This document shows, piece by piece, positions 57,968 through 64,000 of a DNA stretch of 64,000 bases. This DNA comes from Anthoceros angustus (Eukaryota; Plantae; Anthocerotophyta), in the NCBI GenBank assembly GCA_010909165.1, contig MU008180.1, forward strand, positions 743,884 to 807,883, given 5' to 3'. Position 1 is the first letter of the stretch, and every line of letters starts with the position of its first letter. Both the position numbers and the translations under genes were made by a program. Under the pieces are notes generated by a model. The model searched no databases and was not told where the DNA came from. It saw only the letters and a program-made list of their open reading frames with translations.

Positions 57968-60900
57968 TTAACTTTCCAATTTTTTCTTCCTAAACCTTTT
58001 AGATGATTTCTTTCTTATCGTAGACTTAAGAGGAATATGAGGAAGAGTATATGCTTTCACTCTCTCAAACTCTTTGTTCAAAGCGAATAGATAGTCCACT
58101 TGAGCATGTGCTGTTATAAGAGAAAATTTTTATTATGTAAGTACTACATCATTGAAGTGAAAACTTGTGTAAAGAACCATATGAATTCCATCAAATATAC
58201 GTATAAATAATACATAATAATATGAACCTAATTCGCGAAGTCTTCTTTGTTTGAAGATGCCATCTGTGCGTTGTTTTAACGCAGCATCTTTGCTTTCCTT
58301 TGCCACTGTCAAATATATTGAGAACACAAATATCATAATATGAATCTAATTATTAAACATCAAAAGATCTATATAATATGATAAAACATGAAAAGAAATA
58401 TGGCAACAAAATATCAAATTTACCAGCACTACTGCAAAGGCTCTCTTGAAAGCTATATTCTTGGAAGACCATGGATGCTTGACTTTGAAGATCTCCATTT
58501 TGTTTAGTCACGAGTCTTGCCTGTTTCATAAGTTGCTGTAAGTGTGTGTCCTTCTCCATTATTTTCTTCTCTTGTAAAACTTCGTTATGTTCTAGCCTAA
58601 AATACAAGTTGAAGTTACAAGTTTGAAAGTGTAAAATTATTATTTACATACATATTAATAAACAGAAATAATACCAAGCCCCATAGATGCTAAGAAATAT
58701 TTTCTATACTACACCTGTTTTGCAGAGCAGCACTTTCAGATGCAAGTGATAGATCTTCCCCCGTCTTTATAACATTTTGGAGCACTAAAAAAACATATTT
58801 TTTATTTTAAAAAGTATTAAATGCACCATAAGGAAATAATCTGCTCAAGTGATAACTCATACAAAATGTTCAATATGAGACCGAATTACCCTTCGTTGAA
58901 CGTAGCAATTGCAAATGGCGAACCTTCTCAATCAAGTTCCTCGTTAACATTTTTAGTTTTTTGATATCCCATTGTACCTCATAAATGTCTCTCTTGAAAT
59001 TTTTTATTTGGATCAACATATCTACCTATAAATATTCATATTAAAAATTTAATAAAATAAACCAACCATAGATAAATGAGCAACCCAAAGTCACCTATGA
59101 AGATTTGTTGTGCATGCGACCTACCTCATATGAATTGAAAAATACCTACCTTTACATTTGCTCTTTGTAAGACAAGCTCATTGAATTCTTCTATAATAGT
59201 TTTTGACATTAGTGAGGCATCTTTATAGTCTCCATCTAAGGGATCTAATTCCATTTCCACTGAACCTGACTTTACATGAAACATAAGGTCCAAATTCCTT
59301 CTTTTTTTTTCCCGGTTTTCTCTGAACTCTGTGAATGAAAGTGTGGAAATTAGAGCATCATAAGAAGGACTCAAAAGTACTTCTAAATTGTATGATCCTT
59401 AATATTTGAATCCCTTACCAGTTAAAGTCCTCAATGTTCCAGATATTTGCTTCCGGTTCAAATCATCTATTGTCATCAGCTCATCCAAATAACCGCTCAT
59501 CTCCACAAGATGAGCATGCATCTTTCTTACTTCCTCCTCTTGATCATTCTTTCTATTTCTATACCTCAAAAACCTATGCCATTGCTCAACTTCCATGTCC
59601 TATTTGATATTTTTACAATAAGAAAATGTGACGATTATTATGAAGGTAAAGTAAATATGAACTCTCTCTGCTTGACAAAATAAAAATTGAAAGCTATTTC
59701 AGTATTATATTTTTATTTTTATAGTGTACAACATCTATGAGAGTTGCTAAAATATATGGTTTAAAATTTGTACTTCAGGCATGTCATGAATGGGGTCAAG
59801 TTGATAAGTGGGTGCTGTGCTTGATGAAGCAAGCTGGAGAAGAAAAAACTAAATTAATAATACATTAAAAAATACTTACAACAGTCATAATAGCATCATT
59901 TAATTATACCCTATCTTTTTCTGCCTCGTTTTCTCCAGATTTTGTATCTTTTACTATTTGTGGTTTACCTTTGTCTCCTCTATGCAAAAACAAGTTTTTT
60001 AGAAGATAAAACCGCCGTATATTTAATTTTTTGGTTAATTAGCCTGAATTATAAAATCCTAAAAAACATATGTTACTTGGCGGAAGTCGCTTGGCGCTTG
60101 CGAAACAATCGATACAATTGAGATAAAAACTCTCCAAGGTCTTCAAATTCTTTTTTGAAGTTTTTGTCCAAACTTCTGTCTTCTTCCAAAACAAGATGAT
60201 ATTGCTCCTTAAAAGTATCTACCTGATAGGTTGCTTTTAAGTTTTAAATGCTCCTTATTTCAATTTCATTGAGAATGGAGAGAAGTTGTACGATTCTTTC
60301 TGTATAAAAGTGTCAATTGAAAGTCTTTGTTGTCCTCTATGTGGGACAAATTATAGGTTCTTATACAAATTAACCGAATCTTGAAAAGTATGGACTTGAC
60401 CCATGTAAAACAGTTTATGAAACCATATAAGATGAGCTTATCTACTTCAATGCTGGCATAACCTTATTACATACCTCTCGCTTAAATTCGGAAACAGCCC
60501 CCACTGATGCTGCTTTACAAACTTTCAAAAGATCAAGAGTATTGACAAGGTTGCTCTCTTTTTTCTCATCAAAAAATTCTTCATGTTCAATTTCGAGTGA
60601 CAATCTAGAAATGCTTTCCTCTATTGAAGATATCCTTGCTTCTTCCTACATTTTTTAATTAAAATCAATATATTTTCTTGTAAAAAAGTTGTTTCATACT
60701 GAACATTGCAAGCTGATTATAGCTATCTTTTAAGCACAAGATGTCTTCTTTGAAAGTCGTAGTACTTTTGACATCTAATCTATATGATGAGACATGGAAA
60801 TATATAACAAAAAAAGAAAATGGAAAAACTTCATAAATCATTTCATTCAACCTTAAGACGTAAGCTGAATAGATCAGCTACAGCATCATCAAAGCCATTT

Positions 60901-63900
60901 GATAAGTCTTCAATATCTCCCTTTAATTTTCTCATCTCTGTTTCCTGCCCTCGTATCTTTTTTTCTTTCTCCTCTTTAATTGCCTATAGCAAATGAGATT
61001 TCAACATAGTGTATTTATTCATCTAACGTAATATCTAATGAGTCACAAGTATAAATCGATCATACCTACCTTCACTTTAGCATCAAATTCCTTGATCTCC
61101 TTAAGTTGATCTTTTGTCATTTTCTTAGGATTGCCACTCATCCAAGCTGGTCTAGGTATTTCAGCTTCAACAACAGTAATCTCAACTTTGTGCTCTAATT
61201 TCCCCCCCATCATATCTACTAAAGCTCGTTCCATCCAATTGTTTCTAGCACGTATTCTGTTAAATGTGATAAGTCAGCAACTACAAGTAGGAAATATATT
61301 TTTAACTCATATTTGAACGGGCTCACAGTTCTTGTTCCTCCTCTAATTTTCTCTGTTCTTCAGCTGCTGCACGCTCTGCTTTATTCAAATATTTCTTAAC
61401 AGTGATTTCATCATTTTTAACTGTAAAAATCTTCTCCATTCCCTGTAATATTATGTGTAGAACAAATGAAAAAGGTAAGTTTTTGCTTTTAATTAGACAA
61501 CCAACCAATCACCAACAATCAAGCTATGTAGTTTCTTACAGGTGGTTCAACCATTTTGGCTTCAGGCACATATTTTTCATTCACTTGCAATGCCCTTTCT
61601 AAATCATGAATTCTAGCTAGTGCCTCTTTGATTTTGACAATTCTTTGTTTTTTATCCTCTTGCAAGTCCATCAACTTCTTGTTAAAGCTTACTCGAATCT
61701 CTTGAAGTTGTGCATGAAGCAAAACTCTCTGCATGAAACACGAAAGAGGCAGTAAGCAAGTGCCAGAGCTAATGCACAAAGACCTCTTAAAATATGCATT
61801 AGGATGGAAGCTGTACTTGAATACGTTTTCTCTTTGATGTAGTCAATTGGTAGCCTGTGTATAAAAAATTCTCCATTGGTCCATTTTCAGGTAATTCAAG
61901 CTTTTTCTCATCATCATCGTCAACTTCAATAGCAAGAGTTGGTGGTGATGTAGTGCTTTCTACCAATGCTATAAGTTGTTGAGATGTTGGTTGTATTCCA
62001 CTTTCAACTGGTGTGCTGGAAACAACACTTCCTCTTCTACTTTGGCTTTGGTTAGTTCGTGGGGCGATTTCAGGTGGAGCGGAATTGAGCTCCGATCTTA
62101 TGCCCGATTTGCTATCTTCAGTTGCTGTATTGCCAGGTACAAAATAACCATGGAGCGGCATGAAAGCCATACGGTATTATGAATCATGGACCAGCATTTT
62201 AAAACATATATTTTTTATGTATGTCCAATTGATTATGAATCATGGACCATCATTTTAAAAAATATATTTTTTATGTATGTCCAGTTGATTTTGTGATGAC
62301 CATGAGTTTGTACCTTTGCTTCTGTTGGAAATGATCCCATTGTCAATATTATCTGTTGTACTATGTGTTGTTGAGCTCCGTGCTGTAGACAAGCGTTGGG
62401 CTAGGGCCTTTTCATTCCCTTCCTTCATTGAAAGATTCACTTGAGTAATGTAAAACTGCTCATGCATCTCAACATTTCTCAAAAGTCTTGCCACTTTTGA
62501 GAGTCCATTGTCAAATCCACATTTTGCCAACAGTGAGAAGCTTTGAACTTCATGCCCTTTACTCAAAGGCCATATTTGAATTCCTACTCCAAAGGATAAG
62601 AAGAATGAGATTTTTAGTACAACTATAATAAGAGTTTAGGAAATTGTTCACTAATTAGTCACATGGAAGATAAGTACCAGGTTCTAACATTGTACTCCAA
62701 CATTCTGTCTTTATATGCTCTACTAAAATATCCTTCTTCAAGTCATCAGTGCGCACCTATCTCAACAATAAGTAATGTTAAAAGCATGTTGAAAGATTTA
62801 TATTTTTTTACATATAGATTTTAAAAATATATAACTACGTACCTTTTCATGAGCGTTTTCAACTTTATCTTCTCCTTCATTTCTTAGTGATTTTTCCAAA
62901 TCTATATCCACTATTAGCTCGACAGAATTTAATTTTTCCAATTGAGGTGCCTGTAAAAAATTAGACACCGAATGTTTATGGTAATGATACCCACAACTTT
63001 CAAATGTGAAAGAAGTTTTGAAGGAAGTAATGGTTTTATAACTAATATTAAAATCTTAACTATACCTCTTTATTTTTATCGAGTACTTCATTGAATTCAT
63101 TACGAATACATAGAATACGTTTTCTCATCTCATTTTTATAAGCTTCTGCTGCTAATAAGGACCTATCAAAAGTAAATAATTAAAGTATATGTACATAAAT
63201 AAATAAATTATTTTAATTTTAATTTTTAAGAAATACCTCTCTTGCAGTTTCTTTTCATGGTCCTCAACCATAGATGATATATTTTCATCATGATCTTCTC
63301 TATTATAAGGCTTCTTAGGTTCCGTGATATTAACATCATCCTTTATTCGTGAAATATTATCTATTTTTAATTATAATTTATTAACCATGAATTTTTTTAA
63401 AGTATCAATTATTTCATTATATTAAATACTTATTTTATGGTAATAATTCATCTATTTATCTTTATCTATTCAAATGAGATAATTATGAAATCGATATACT
63501 TTTTGACTTCCAGAAACCAAAGTTTTAGATGTATTGGTAGACAAACAATACAAACTTACTTCCACGCATTTTCACAATGCCAACATCCGCTGCATCACAT
63601 GAGAATATTAGGCCAGTTGCACTTCCTGTGAAAAGTCTTCCCCCTCCTATAGTGGCACAAGTTATTCCTCCGCTATGTCCATCGAACATTTTTATTTCTA
63701 GAACCTGAAAGTTTCTCATATTTATGAAAAGACCTCTGAAAAGTTCATTTGTATCAAGAACAAGGATTAAAAGAGCGAGAATGTGTGCGATGTCTTAAAT
63801 AACTTGAAATGCACCTTAGTTGGAGGTTTCACAGGGTCTAAGACAGAATTTCGTATTTGCAGTACGCCGTCTTCCGCACCAGTCACAAGTATGGAGGCCT

Positions 63901-64000
63901 CCGGTAGAAAAACTAAAAGTAATTCAGATGTGTGGGGATTAGTGTATGATCCTACTAGAAAAACATGTCATCTACATAAGATATTGATTTCTCATATCTG
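57968..64000 (-). CDS. CFAP43: Cilia- and flagella-associated protein 43 (WDR96), 3' part; multi-exon, 5' end outside the window
   Basis: It has WD40 exons (FDGHSGGITC...LFTGSATG) and coiled-coil exons matching CFAP43 (ENFLYTGYQLTTSKRKRIQ; MERALVDMMGGKLE...PRPAWM; NLDLMFHVKSGSVE...IEEFNELV; NFKRDIYEVQWDIKKLKM...HLQLLR). The last exon AQVDYLFALNKEFERVK...TAA ends at 57968. Confidence 0.88.

Noticed and set aside
57968-64000. AT-rich CFAP43 region as contaminant or horizontally transferred DNA
   Set aside because: It has short canonical introns like the rest of the window, an adjacent Copia remnant, and a gene expected in flagellate-sperm plants. Only a scaffold misjoin remains untested.

Overview
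Eukaryotic nuclear DNA from a land plant with flagellated sperm. The evidence is short GT-AG introns, plant-specific genes (CC1, TBL, TRS130) and an axonemal CFAP43. Compact spacing suggests a hornwort or a similar compact bryophyte/lycophyte genome (inference). 1-42.7 kb is GC-rich and gene-dense: CC1-like, a TPR-like hypothetical, POLD4, an uncharacterised gene broken by a tandem duplication, SGF11, a large low-complexity protein, allantoinase, an intronless TRS130/TRAPPC10, a TBL O-acetyltransferase and a CHY-RING E3 ligase, with TE debris at about 0-2 and 8-15.7 kb. From about 42.8 kb the background turns strongly AT-rich. That part holds a decaying cluster of secreted-protein genes (an S-protein-homologue-like pseudogene and two related acidic Tyr-rich repeat genes), a 7.9-kb GC-rich TG...CA insertion with a perfect GGATG target-site duplication and no recognisable gag/pol, a Copia RT remnant and the 3' part of CFAP43. 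Three kb-scale tandem duplications each pair junction microhomology with a deletion-riddled copy and may be assembly artefacts. All annotation is by eye; exon boundaries are manual and no database searches were run.
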